Positions 38,707 to 51,228 are shown, numbered from the whole stretch's first letter. The stretch: 62,908 nucleotides of DNA, filler included, from Choristocarpus tenellus KU-1152 (GCA_964200185.2; 9 parts of 9 records of this genome joined end to end with filler, not necessarily neighbours in it), one strand, 5' to 3'. A program made the numbers and translations. The notes: generated by a model from the sequence alone, not told the origin.

Positions 38707-38765
38707 CGAGCTTGCTAAGTTCGTGTGCATTGCACGCGTGAGTTCGAATCTCACCGGTGTCGCCA
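38707..38765 (+). tRNA. tRNA-Ser(GCT) 3' fragment (canonical positions 27-76, with CCA); pseudogene/retrocopy
   Basis: Anticodon arm CGAGC-TTGCTAA-GTTCG, long variable arm GTGC-ATT-GCAC, T arm GTGAG-TTCGAAT-CTCAC, 3' acceptor strand CGGTGTC, discriminator G, CCA. No proper D arm or 5' acceptor strand adjacent. Confidence 0.85.
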
Positions 38766-38826
38766 ATGTGAATCGTGTGATTCTGTGGCGGCGTGGTTCA
38801 CTCAGGTAAGGGTGGCGAAGAGAATC

Positions 38827-38926
38827 NNNNNNNNNNNNNNNNNNNNNNNNNNNNNNNNNNNNNNNNNNNNTTAATTAATTAANNNNNNNNNNNNNNNNNN
38901 NNNNNNNNNNNNNNNNNNNNNNNNNN
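38827..38926. other. Artificial contig spacer
   Basis: 44 N + TTAATTAATTAA + 44 N. Confidence 0.98.
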
Positions 38927-39057
38927 CCCCCCCTTCAGTAGTTGGTTTTGACTTTTTTATGTACTTGTGGTGAGGTGATCTTTGCCGTCTCTTCTGTATG
39001 AAAAAAAATGTCTTCCATTTTTTGTGTTTTTGTTTGAAATCGACCTATTTTGTGCAG

Positions 39058-42000
39058 GTTGTACAAGACCGGAAGGGTCAGTTGTCTCTTGCTGTGAACT
39101 TTGACGAGACGACCACCCAGCTCTTCAAGGAGGTAGGTACTGCACTGTGTACATGGGTGTTTGTGGTTGTCTAGTGCTACGTGGTACCCTGCTGTGGATA
39201 AACTGATTGTAACTGCCACTGCAGCCATCGTTGTTGTAACTGTTGAAATTGTCGTTGGACATGCGCTGCAAATAAGATTGAGGAAAAAAAAGCACGGCCT
39301 GGTCAGTCAGTCAGTCAGCCAGCCAGCCAGTCAGCCAGGTGGAGACAAAAATAGTCATGGACTGAAGTATATTTGGTGCCTGGTCCAGCTTTTTAAGGAT
39401 ACTATGTAGCCCTGGAGAGAGAGTGGAGAGTGAGCTGTATGTGTATGGGTGCAAGGCCTCTAAGTGCCTTGCACCCATGGTGGCAGGCAGGTATGGACTC
39501 TAAAATTGCACAGTTGGTAGTGCTGTGAGTCTTGTATTTGATTCAATTGTTATGATTGGATAACGTTTCGATCAATGAAAATCGAAAAATGGAGGGGCAA
39601 TTTTTTATTGTTATTTTTTGTGCGACTGCGAGCTGCGAGTTCTGCCCGCCGAGGTGGGTGGGGTGAATTTTGTGTATGTCGGTTTCTTTTACCAGTGTGT
39701 ATGTGTGTATGTGTTTGGTTATTGACTGCATCGGAGTACATGTATGTGGAGTTTCCTTTTTGAAGCAATTGATCTCGCTCTCATGTAAAAGTTTAATTTT
39801 GATTTTGCAGAACTAAGGAGAGTTAGTTGCCCTGCAATCTTTTCTCAAGACAGAAACCTTGCCTGCCAGGGGGCTAGGTTTTAAGGTTTGTTTTTGTTAT
39901 ATTATTAGAGTTGGGGGTTAGGGGCAGGGGCAGGGGCAGGGTCTTCCTTTTGATTTTTTTTATGGCTTCTGTACATTTTCTTATGAATCCTTAGGATGAT
40001 TGAGGTGAATCGATTGAGGTGAAGCGATTGAGGTGAATCTCAATGTGTGGGTTTTTTGATGGTGTTTTATGGATCCTACTGGCATCAAAGTCGGTTTCTT
40101 GTAGGTATTTTCTACTATATGAATTATCATTATAATAATTATTATGTATTATTATTGTTACTATTATTAGTATTATTATTGCTATTGCTATTATTATTAA
40201 AATTATTATTATTTTTGTTATTATTTTTGTTATTGTTATCATTATTATCATCATTATTATTGTTGTTGCTATTATTTCTCTCTCTTGCACAGTTGACCAA
40301 CAACCCTAATCCTATATTAAAAACAAAAACTGCTTGGTTAAATGAGCGCATACCTATCATCCTTCAGCCGGATTGCTGTCAGCAAGTTTGCTCTTCCACA
40401 TATGCTAGAAACAAAAATGATGTTTTGAAATGTTTTTATTTTTATAAGTATGTTTGTATGTATCAATTGAGAAGAATGGCAGTGCTGTATAATGGTGCAT
40501 ACTTTGCATGAAGCAATGACAACGCCTCCAACAACCCGAAAATGTCATCACCGTAGAACTTTCAAAGCCTATATTTTTTTATATAAACTTATTCATGAGT
40601 GTAAAAAGAACCTTTGCCAGGTCTCCTGTTATACATACTACTAACATATAGTTTTCCAATATATATTTATGGATATGGATGCCTGTATTTTTTTTTTCAT
40701 CACTAATTGCAACTTTTCCTCTGCGGTTCTTTTTTCTGATACATCAATCACTATCTGTTTACACATACACACTTCATTTCTTTTTTTTTCTTCTTCTTCT
40801 TATTTTTATTTTTTTTATTATTATTATTTTTATTATTATTATTAATATTATTTTTATTATTTTTCCAGGTGCGACACCTGCGATACCTTGGCCTCCTCTC
40901 TGCAGAGGGTGCGGACTCAGGAGGTATGTCTAAAATTCAACGGATGGCTTCCAAGGCGCAGACAAGGTACCCGACTGCCATGGCGATGCAGGCTGTGCTC
41001 CGGACTTACGCACAGACAAGGTGGGTGAAAAATATATTAAAAAAAGGAGACAGACTAACACGATAAAAAAAGGTATAATAAGCTCAATCTTTTTGCTGGC
41101 ACAGCACCACACCGCTGGGAAATTTCTGTTACTTTTGAAGGATAGTGCTTATTTTATTTTTTTTTGATAAACCGGGAAGGCGTGTTCTGGGTAGGGGAGA
41201 GAATAAAAAAGGGGTTGGTGCAGCGCTGATGCCACCGGGAAAATTTCTGTTATTTAATTAAAGAATAGTATCGCTTTAAAAAAATAAAAACGAGAACGGT
41301 TTGTGTTGCAGGTAATTAACACTGTTAGGTAGGAAAAAGAGAAAAGATTGATGCAGCACTGATGTCACCATGAATTTTCTGTTCACTTACAGAATGGTAC
41401 TATTTTTTTCTTGAGGAAGAAAGATGTGTTACGACTGGTAAAAGGCATAGAACATGATGCAGCGCTCACACCACCAGGAATTTTCTGTTGTGTAAAATGG
41501 CGCCCTATTTTTGGTACCTGTTTAGGTTGTGTTACAGGTAGAGTAGGAGAAACAGTGTAATGCAACAATGAAACCACCAGGAATATTCTGTGGGTAGTGA
41601 GGACCATCGTGTGATACTACTCTGAAGATTGGTAGGTATGTTGTGCCTTGATTTACTAGAGGGTGTGATATTTTTGTTTCAAATGTACTTACCTCTCTGG
41701 AGGAAGTGCATGTAGTATTTAAAAAAAGAAAAACCCTGGTCAAGTCAAATGTACTGTTTTGCTAACCTTTTATTTTGCATTGGGCTTTCTGATCACTGCA
41801 GTGCATTGTGTCACTATTTTGATAATGCTTGAAAAAAATACTGTTCAGTCCACAGGGGTACTGGTAGTGAGTGTAGTGGTGGCGTTACTTCGAACGAGTG
41901 TACTTTTTTATTTTTAATTATGCTTTACTTCTAAAAAAGATTTTACTCATTAAATTAAAATTGAACTTGATATAACATAATATGTAATAAATATTATAAT

Positions 42001-43787
42001 ATGTATGTATGTGGAAGACTTTTTATTATTTTCATTAGTGTTTGTACTCTTGTAGGCGAATACTCAATACCCCCAGTTTGTACTTTTCTGAATTTTTTGT
42101 TTGTATTATTGTAATATATATTATTATATATTGGAATTATTGTACTGCAATATCGTACATTTTTTCTTCTTGTGTTTTATTTTATTTTGTTCTAGTTTTT
42201 TTTTTACTACAGTGTGACTATTTCTTGTGAATGTTTGTTCCTAACCATACTACATACATAAACGCCACATACCTCAACCCATGGTAACGATACAGAAATA
42301 TTTTATATTTGATACAGAAATATTTTATATTTGATACAGAAATATTTTTTTGTTTTCCGTTGGGAACAAGACACAAAAGAAACTTGATTGGTCACAGTGC
42401 TGACTGATGTTGTGTGTTCCCCAGCCCTAACTCCCCTTCTTAACTAGGAGAATGAACTGCATGGTGAGGAAAGCAAAAGGGGGGGGGGAGATGAAGGGTT
42501 CCAAAAGTTTACGGTTTGTTATCGTTGCTCAAATACGATGGCCTAGATTTTGTTTATCCTCTCATGATTTTGTACCTTTCAATTCGTCTCGAATATTCAA
42601 GGGTTAGGGTTGAAGAACAGCATTGTGATGCTCGATATGTGTGTATATATATATGTGGATGGGCAGGAATCATTGAAAGAGTCGGAGGCTTAAGAATTGC
42701 TCTTGTACTATTAGTTGTTTTTGTGCTTATCTATGTATATTATTGTTATTGTTATTGTTATTGTTATTGTTACTGCTATTGCCATAGTTTTGTGAAATGT
42801 GTGGGTGCTGAAATTTATGCCGTTTGCCCATCCAAGTAAATAGGATAGTTGTAAGGTCTGTTGGAAATAAGGAATATATATATATATATGTAGTTCTAGA
42901 AATCTTGATTTTATGGATCAAAAAACAGTCGATACTGCTCTATTATCTCCAATCGTTGTAGGATTAGACATTTTGTTAACCTTGGGCCTGCAAAACGTTT
43001 TTCCTGTTGAAAGCCTGGATGAACTTGTATACTACCATAGTCAAGTCAATATTATTATCATTACTATTGGTGATACATCTATATTTATAATTCAGAACAC
43101 TTTATTGTCGAATAAAAAAAATAAGGAGAGTATTTTCAATAAAAATATACCAGTAAAAATAATAATACTCCCTGCGCTCCGATAGTACAATTCAATATGT
43201 AACTCATCAAACCAACCCCCCCCCCCATCCATCCATCCATCCATCCATCCACGCCTCTGGTGTGATTGGAACTCCTCCTGTTTTCTATTTTGTTCCCATT
43301 GCCCCCACTGCTGTAGGGCCCTGATGACACCGGAGACAGACCTGCTGCTGGTGATCCCGTTGCATGCGGTGAGGTCTCACATCAAAGAGGCGTTTCTTCT
43401 CCAGCGAAAGCGGCAGGCAGGGCCAATGCAGAAGGGCAGCGTGGACAGAATGGACAGAATGGACTGGAGTAGGGAGGGGCTGAGCGATTGGGTCGCGCTA
43501 CTGGCAGAGCAGGTGAGTTGACCAGCAGGTGGTGGACTTTTGTGTTTGTGTTGGACTGGACGGTGGGTTTGTAGTAAGAGGCGATGGCTTGATATTTTGC
43601 AGGGTTGTGTGTGCGTTTTGATGATAATCTGAGGTTGTTGCTGTACGGGCACTGGGGGGTGTAGGTGGATTGATTTGGTGTTCTTTAAGGTATAGAACAG
43701 TCGATGTTACCTCTCTTTTTCTTTTTAATTTTTTTTTCCCCTGTAATTGCTTTGTTTATTGTACTTTTTAATATATTTTCTTGAGAG

Positions 43788-43826
<39 letters not shown>

Positions 43827-45611
43827 TGTGTGTGTGTTATTTGTTAGCGATGATGTGGTGGTCTCTTAGAGAGCGGTTTTGTTTCCAGCATGGGAGGAAC
43901 TGCCTCCCCTTTTTGGTGATGTTGATTAAAACCACCTGTAATAGAATAGCCTCTCCTTTTATTTCGGTTGGTGTACTCTCTACACAAACCGCTTCCTTGA
44001 TCATGTTGTCAAAATCAAATCCCAATATTAACAATCTACTGCACTTAGCACTGTACTTGGTAAGGCCTTGAAGCACTGCTGGCAATGGTATTGATAGGGA
44101 TAACTTTGTTAGCGATACCTGATAGTCTATTTGAGGTATACCCTCTGATGGTATGAGCTGAATCCATCATACCGTCATCTGTCACTCTTGCAGTTACATT
44201 TTACTGCCACCTACACTAGAAATCCGTTTGCATTCCTATTAGTCATGAGGGTGTGTGATGCTCTTTGCCATATAGTGTTGCTTTTCAAAGAGGACATGTT
44301 TTGCTCTGGAGCAATCTTCTTTGACCTTGGGCACTCTTCTCAATTAGCAATAGTGATTTTGTTGCTTTGGTTTGCTCTGGAGCCATCTCCTTTGTGCTAG
44401 GCCTATTTTTGGTCCATAGTGCTCTTCTTTGTGAAATATATTTGCACTTTGGTTGGTTTGACTGCTCTGGTGCAATCTAGTAGGGCCCAGAGCTTTGTTT
44501 GTAGCTCTAGAGCTATCAACATTTTGCACAATAGTTACATTTACTTTGTTTGCTTTGACTGCTCTGAAGCAGTCTCCTCTGCCCAAGACATTATTTTTAG
44601 CTCTAGGGCAGAGAATATACAACTTTGGTCACTGTGAAGTACACTTACACTGCGTTTGATTCTAGACTACATCTCTTTTTCTCCTGAGTCACTCTTCTAC
44701 ATATATTTAGTTATTCTGCTCTGGAGCACTCCTGTTTGTCCTAGTTGTTTTTTGCTCTTTGAGTTAGTCTTTTTATTCCTGTGACTAAGAGGTATGCTCT
44801 GTTCTGAGTCCAATTTTTTGCCCTAGAGCACTTTATCTTTTTCTCAACACAGTATAGAGTATTGTGGAGGGCAGAAGAAGTTGCTCCCCCTGCTTTGGTT
44901 CAAAGGCATGGTTCATTTATTTTTTGAGCTTGTTTGTAGTCAGGATTTTCTATGTCTCCTTCACTGCGTAGGGTGCAATGAGCATGCAATATAGCCAACC
45001 TTTGAACAATGCTCTCCTTAGGAGGGGACTATTCCCCTGCGATAAAGTGTTAGGGTTAGGGACCAGTGATCCACCAGAACCTGTGTAGATGTTGTGTTCA
45101 ATCTTACATATATATACATATATTCATATTTAATTCCCCTACGGATGTGGTTAATACTTCAAGTTGGGAACACTTCTTTTTTCTTTATTCCTTACTAGTA
45201 TTTTTATTGTGGATGAGAGCCTTCAGGGAAGATATAGCTTGTCCTGTTTGAAGAGACTTTCTTAGCAAGGATGTTAAGTATAATATATATATATATATAT
45301 ATTATGGAGTGTTGTGTGATATTATTAAGTGCTGTATGATATTACTAAGTGTTGTGTGATATTTTTCTGCTTCTCCCCCCGTACACCCTTTTTTCTGCCC
45401 TAGAGCGCGTCTCAAAAGCTCTGGAGTGCTCTTCTTGGGTGACTGTTATTTTTTGCACCTGAACCTTCCTCTCTCTCTACAGGTGTTCACCCTGCAGGAG
45501 AAGTCCACTGACGTGTCGGAATTGGTTGTAAAGGCGGAGGAGAGACTCAAGGCCCTGGACAAGTGTCCCTACCAAGCAGAGGCCATGGGAGAGGCCTTGT
45601 CCTCATTACAG
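39058..45611 (+). CDS. DYNC1H1: Cytoplasmic dynein 1 heavy chain, four internal exons of the N-terminal tail
   Basis: Exons 39058-39132, 40869-41020, 43317-43512, 45483-45611; GT-AG and phase-compatible. LSLAVNFDETTTQLFKEVRHLRYLG..YPTAMAMQAVLRTY..W..LSDWVALLAEQVFTLQEK..LKALDKCPY matches the cytoplasmic dynein tail pattern (VNF..LxKEVRNLxWLG..YP.A..VRTY..LAExVxxFQEK..LExCxY). Confidence 0.9.
40123..40275. repeat. Degenerate (TAT/TGT)n microsatellite in dynein intron
   Basis: Direct reading; it produces the spurious poly-L/I/N ORFs in the track. Confidence 0.9.
41099..41592. repeat. Degenerate minisatellite, 5 units of ~105-130 bp
   Basis: Core GCAGCRCTSAYRCCACCRGGAAWTTTCTGTT near 41103, 41220, 41353, 41459, 41562. 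Confidence 0.8.
42289..42347. repeat. 22-bp tandem repeat x~2.7
   Basis: GATACAGAAATATTTTATATTT repeated. Confidence 0.85.
44300..44835. repeat. Degenerate minisatellite built on palindromic GCTCTRGAGC motif
   Basis: At least eight variants of TGCTCTGGAGC/GCTCTAGAGC at irregular ~40-90 bp spacing, and again near 45400-45430. Confidence 0.6.
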
Positions 45612-46862
45612 GTCAGCGTCTCTTTTGTTTTTATTTATGTGCCTTTAAAAAAAAATATATAATTGTTGTTGTAATGTGTGCCTCTGCCAGTAGAATGCGC
45701 CCCTGTTTGTTTGTTCTAACTGACTCTTCCATCCATACCCCCATTTCCAGTGAGATACTCCAGTCCTTTGAGGGGGAGAGAAATAAAAGGGAAGGGTAGG
45801 AGGAATGTGAGCGTAGAATAGAAGCTCGTGGTATGCACTGTTCCAAGATGGTATGCATTCTTGTGGGGATATACCTACAGAAGGATATGTACTGACATAT
45901 GTGGAAGTGTTGCCCTCTCTTGACTATAGTATCAATATCAAGCACTAGTACTGATTACAATAGTACTAGTGATAGTGATAGTGACAGTGAAATTTGATTG
46001 ATGATTAAAATAATATGGAGGGGGGTAGTGCACACGTTACAAGGATCAAACTTGTTGGTTTGAAATTAATAGAAGTATTTTCATTTTTCAGCATTGGTTT
46101 AGACTTGGTACTGCACTGCAGGGGAGAGGCGGTGGAATCCCCCACCCAGTGTCAATATCCCCACCCAGCCCCATGGGGCCTAGAGTTCGTTCACTGTATC
46201 TAAACCAATAAACAGTTTATTGGTCCAGGGCCCCCATACCCTTCAGGTGTTGGCCAGTAATGATGGCTTACTGATATTGGTGAATGGACAGTGGGGGTAT
46301 TGATGTATACGCCCGCCCCCACTTGTAGGCCTGAATAATGATGTGTCTCCTGTTGCATGTAAGATTCATTATTGCTGCAAGGATATCATACTCCCCCCCT
46401 CCCCCAGGGTTACTGGATCTCTGAGATAGTGGAAGGCACTCTTATGTTTTGTGGTTTGTGTGTTTGTGTGTACATACGTCCCAGCTTTTTTTTTTTGGAG
46501 TTAAAAAAAATGTGATTGAGGATGGTGATTGGTCAGATATAGTACAAAATGATTTTTGTGTGCATTTTTTATTTGTTTTGAAAATTTTGTGAAATTGAAT
46601 ACTGCTTTTTTTATTTTGTGTCATCGTTTGTCATTTCATAGTTACCGCATTCATTTTGTTTAATTTATTTTCTCCTTTTTTGGGGGGGGGGAGGGGCAGT
46701 CATTGTCTATTTTTTCATGAATTCTCCTGACTAATGCTGTTTTTTATTCTGTCAACACCTTTTAATTTACAACATATAGTGTATAGTGTGTATGGTGCGA
46801 CCTTGATGCCGATGCGTATGCTTGTTGAAGCTTGGAAGGTCTGGACTGTAAGTGCCATCCCC

Positions 46863-46962
46863 NNNNNNNNNNNNNNNNNNNNNNNNNNNNNNNNNNNNNN
46901 NNNNNNTTAATTAATTAANNNNNNNNNNNNNNNNNNNNNNNNNNNNNNNNNNNNNNNNNNNN
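46863..46962. other. Artificial contig spacer
   Basis: 44 N + TTAATTAATTAA + 44 N. Confidence 0.98.
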
Positions 46963-47791
46963 TGTATAGCTCCAATCTACAGGCCTATAGATGGCACTAA
47001 TACACGTATAGGACTCCTGATGGACAAGTCGTCAAGTATGCTGAATCTCTCACTTAGATTGTCATCAATATCATCGTATATAAAGGAACTGGTCAATGAT
47101 GTTTTATCACAATCGGGGACCATAATGACCAAATAATAAATAAATAATCAAGAAGTACAAATATATCAAATCTAGAACTTCAATGCCATAATGGTGTTTA
47201 TGAAACCGCCCCTAAGACACATCGCCTGTAACATACATACCATATTCTATTGCCAAGGATACTGACTCGCTGGTGTCAGCATAACAGATAACATGAGCCC
47301 TCTGCTTCTTGTCATGCCGTCTCCTTCATCACCTTGAAACCCAGAAACTAGTGGATGAATATCTTCTGGCCCTTCACCAAGGCGAGTCAAGCAAGGAGAA
47401 GGAGGGGTCAAAATGGAAACAGAAAAGGAGGCAGGCACCAGCGTAAGTAGACAAGGAATACATAGGTTGCAAGCTGAGAAGTGGTGGAGATGGATCTGCA
47501 ACATGTAGCTTAGGAGTCCGCAATGGGTATAACCAAGAATATACTGAGTACTTCATTTCATGGACAAAACCTCCAGGTGTCCCTTTTGACTCTCTGATGG
47601 TGTCGAAGTAAGTACCAGTGGGTCACATTGTATCCTCCAGAACTTTACCCTTTCGAATCGTTTCAAATACAAGAGTAGAGGGTGCACAATATCTTCTGGA
47701 ACCTGAATGTAATTTTGATGGGTAAGAAGAGTATATGATTGCTATATATTCGAGGACGTATGGCAAAGAGTGGATTGTCTTCTGAACAAAA

Positions 47792-48053
47792 GAGTGAAAG
47801 TATCTTAGAGGGTACGAGTTTTTTCCTGTTTGCCCATTATTTGAGGCTTAACTGCCCACGTGTTTTTAATGACATTTTACCTGCTCCAAAATGTTTCGGA
47901 GTAGGTAAAATGTGTAAATTATGAAAAGGAGTGTCCGGAACAGGGATATTGACATCTCCTGACAAAAATGATAGCCAAGATCACATCAAATTTCCGACAT
48001 TGGATTTTGCTCCCCAAATGGACGCGGATCTACACTCTAAGATACTTTGGCTC
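47792..48053 (+). mobile_element. MITE family A copy 1 (262 bp, PIF/Harbinger-Tourist-like)
   Basis: TIR GAGTGAAAGTATCTTAGAGGGTA / TACACTCTAAGATACTTTGGCTC, flanked by AAA on both sides; internal hairpin CATTTTACCTGCTCC..GGAGTAGGTAAAATG. Confidence 0.88.
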
Positions 48054-49313
48054 AAAACCCCTTTTGAGCCTTTGTATATAGTCCGATTTTTTACCGATTT
48101 ACGATCAAATTTGATGCCCTTAGAAGCAATTCAATGCCTTCAATTCTAAAACCAGAAATAGGTAGAGGATTCTATTATGCACTGATAGTCCAAGCTACTC
48201 GTATCTACCTGTCTCAAAAGCGCTTGAAACTTTACATAAAACATTATTATGCGTTACAGTGAAAATCAGAGTAGGATAAAGCCTATATAAGCTGCAAATA
48301 CTCTTAACATTATAGCATTTTTTATTAATAATGATCGGAGTATTGTTCAGTAATTACGGAAAAGATTATAAAAAAAATTACATCATTTTTTTCTTGGTGA
48401 CATAGTTCGCAATCTGTCTACAGTACTAATTCTGCTGTTTTTTAGTTTGAAATAATACCACACAATACAAAATACACTATAATAGAAAATTATTTCAATT
48501 CTCCTCTTTATAAACAAATCGTTTTTATTAATACACTTAAATATGTTAAACATCTTCAGAACAAGACTCTTTAAAGTGTGAAAAGATATATATATGGTCA
48601 AGAATATTTACACAATACTATGTAAGACTAAAACCTCAGAAGAACTGATGAAAAATAAAATAGGATCAAAAATGTACGTGCACTGACTTGACTTCAGCCT
48701 TGCTTGACTGACAAGTATTCTTCCCCAAGATGGTATGCTTTTTCGTTTCGCATACGTTCGTACCCCTGCCAAGAAGGTGCGACTAGATGAGGACGAAGAA
48801 GAAGAGACGGATTACAGATTGAATATTTCGAGACGGAGACTGATAAGATCTGGCAAGTCATTGGTTGCCACTTTTGGGAAGAAGCGAACAGGAAAGAACA
48901 TGTTTGGGATGGTAAACTGTGGGAAAGGTTATTGGGCATTGATGGAAGAGCACCGGAGTTTGAGGGACAGTGGTTTACAATGAGGAGAGAGTTATAATGT
49001 GACAATATCCTATTTTGGCATGATTTTATGGTCTATAGCCGTTTTCTTAGTGTGTGAGACGGCACTAAACAGTTTCCCACTCTACATAAATATGATGAGG
49101 GGAGAGCCTTTGTATGACTGTACCTTATTTCTATGTAACTATATTAATCCTGGTGTATTGGTTGTTGCACTTTATAGATGTGTAAAGCTCTTCTTCAGAA
49201 ATGAAGAAATAGCACACATCGCATGTGCTTTTGATCATATTTTTCTGTACAGGAGGAGGGCATAGTGAATGACATACACATTCATATACAGGTGCGATGT
49301 GTTGCGTTGTTAT

Positions 49314-49573
49314 GAGTGAAAGTATCTTTGAGGGTACGAGTTTTGCCCTGTTTGTCCATTTAGGGCTTGGCTTCCCATGTTTTTTTTGTGGCATTTTCCT
49401 ACTCCAAAATGTTTAGGAGTAGGTAAAATATATACGTTATGAAGAGGTGTGTCTGGAACAAGGATACTGACACTTCCTAACAATCACGATAGCCAAAATT
49501 ACATCAAAATCTCAACATTAGATTTTGGACCCAAATAATGGACGTGGCCCTACCCTCTAAGATACTTTGGCTC
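49314..49573 (+). mobile_element. MITE family A copy 2 (260 bp)
   Basis: Colinear with copy 1, same TIRs, 3-bp TSD TAT. Confidence 0.9.
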
Positions 49574-51021
49574 TATCCGACAAGAGTCACCACCACTCAC
49601 TCTCTTCAAGATCATCAGCTGAAATTGACCACAAGTTTAGATGTTAAGAAGTTGCAGGCTTCCACGTTACAACATCCATCTTTACTATCTGGAGTCAAAG
49701 GGACAGAATTTGACACTAAATAGAAAGTGCAGATAGGTAGGAGCAAGCAAATACAAACATTCCAATAGTGCTGAATAAACCACTATTGTGAATCATAGCT
49801 ATTCAATGGGGTAGCTTGATTGATGTTAGTTGGAGGATCGTCAGAATTACTATTGAAGATGATACTTGTTAATTTGTTTCCACTATTAATTTGGACCTTG
49901 AGCTGCTCCCAGCAGCCCTTTCGCATCCAAATAGCCTAAAGTTCCTTCCTCGGCCAGCCATGAACTGCCCGAGGACTATATGAGGACACTGGGGGTGAGT
50001 TCCTAGACCATGGATATGGCATTTATTGATCTACTGGGTGTACCCTCCCACACGAGGAGGATGACAAGATATGTGAAGGGAGGAATGAGAACGAGCAGAG
50101 GAAACGGTATCTTCGGTTCAGATCAACCCAGCAGGAAAATGAGAAAAATATCCTGCAGTGGATCAAAAAATGCTGTTCCTTGAGTTGAAGGCTCTCCTTT
50201 TGCCCTTCTTCGATGTATAGACCAGCGGAAGATTTCCTCACCTAGAGTACAGATCATACATTCCTCATGCCAAGAGTTGGCAACATTGCCCGAGGAGGCA
50301 GGAAAGGTTCGCAAAAGCTTCCCTTATTATGTGTACGGGATTTCCATTCATATCCTAGCAACTGGTGCGTGGTGGTACCCAGGACTAAGGAGCACATGCG
50401 ATAGACAGTACAAGTGGGGATTGAGATCCCCTAGAGAGGGAAGAAATTCAATCCAAGTGGGGGGTGCATGGCAGGCAGTGGTAGAGGTCAGGTTCCATTC
50501 GGCTATGTTCAGGTTAAGGATCGGTGAGGGGGTACACACACTACTGTGGTAATGTGGTCATATTGTGCACTTTGAGGAAGATGCCTCGTTTTAAAATGTG
50601 CTCGCATGCTACCAAAGAGTGTCCTGCTTCACCAAAACGATGATGGTATAGAATGTGTTTTATTAAGTTACAACGAAGAGTGAGTGTGCGTAGAATCAAC
50701 ATGTTTTGCAGACTGACTGACAGGCGTAAGGCGAAGTGTGTTGCATATTGATATTGCTTCGATCTGTTAATTTTTATTATGCGAGCGGTTGTTGTAGGGG
50801 AACCTATCTGGAGGAGACATACAAATTAATGAGCTAAACCTACAATAAGGTACAATATTGCTAATTTAGAAAAAAATAGAAAACAGGTTGCGAGTTTGTT
50901 TGGGATCACGAAATCAAGCAGTAACACAAAATCCCTCTACTTAAAACTGTTTCGATCGTTGAATAGTATACCTGCTTCAGACCATAGCAAAAAAGTTGTG
51001 TCAATTCTCCCTTAGTTTAGA

Positions 51022-51062
<41 letters not shown>

Positions 51063-51228
51063 GTATGATGTATGATGTATGGAGTGAGGGGGTGAGGTAC
51101 ATTGAACCAGGTGAACTCACCGGATAAGTCCACAGATGCACACCATATTATACCAATTGTGTGTGTGTATTTGCTTGGTATATATTACGTAGTATGTTGT
51201 ACGACGAAGGTGTCAGGCAGTTGTGATG

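Noticed and set aside
38650-38818. SRP (7SL) RNA, or a permuted/intact tRNA gene
   Set aside because: No helix-8 CAGG-GNRA-AGCA motif, no GACACCG 5' half downstream before the contig end, and no proper D arm upstream.
39991-40511. Poly-Leu/Ile/Asn ORFs
   Set aside because: Translations of a (TAT)n microsatellite inside a dynein intron.
41099-41592. CRISPR-like repeat-spacer array
   Set aside because: Repeats are too divergent, spacers are 70-100 bp and homologous to each other, the array lies in a eukaryotic intron, and there are no cas genes.
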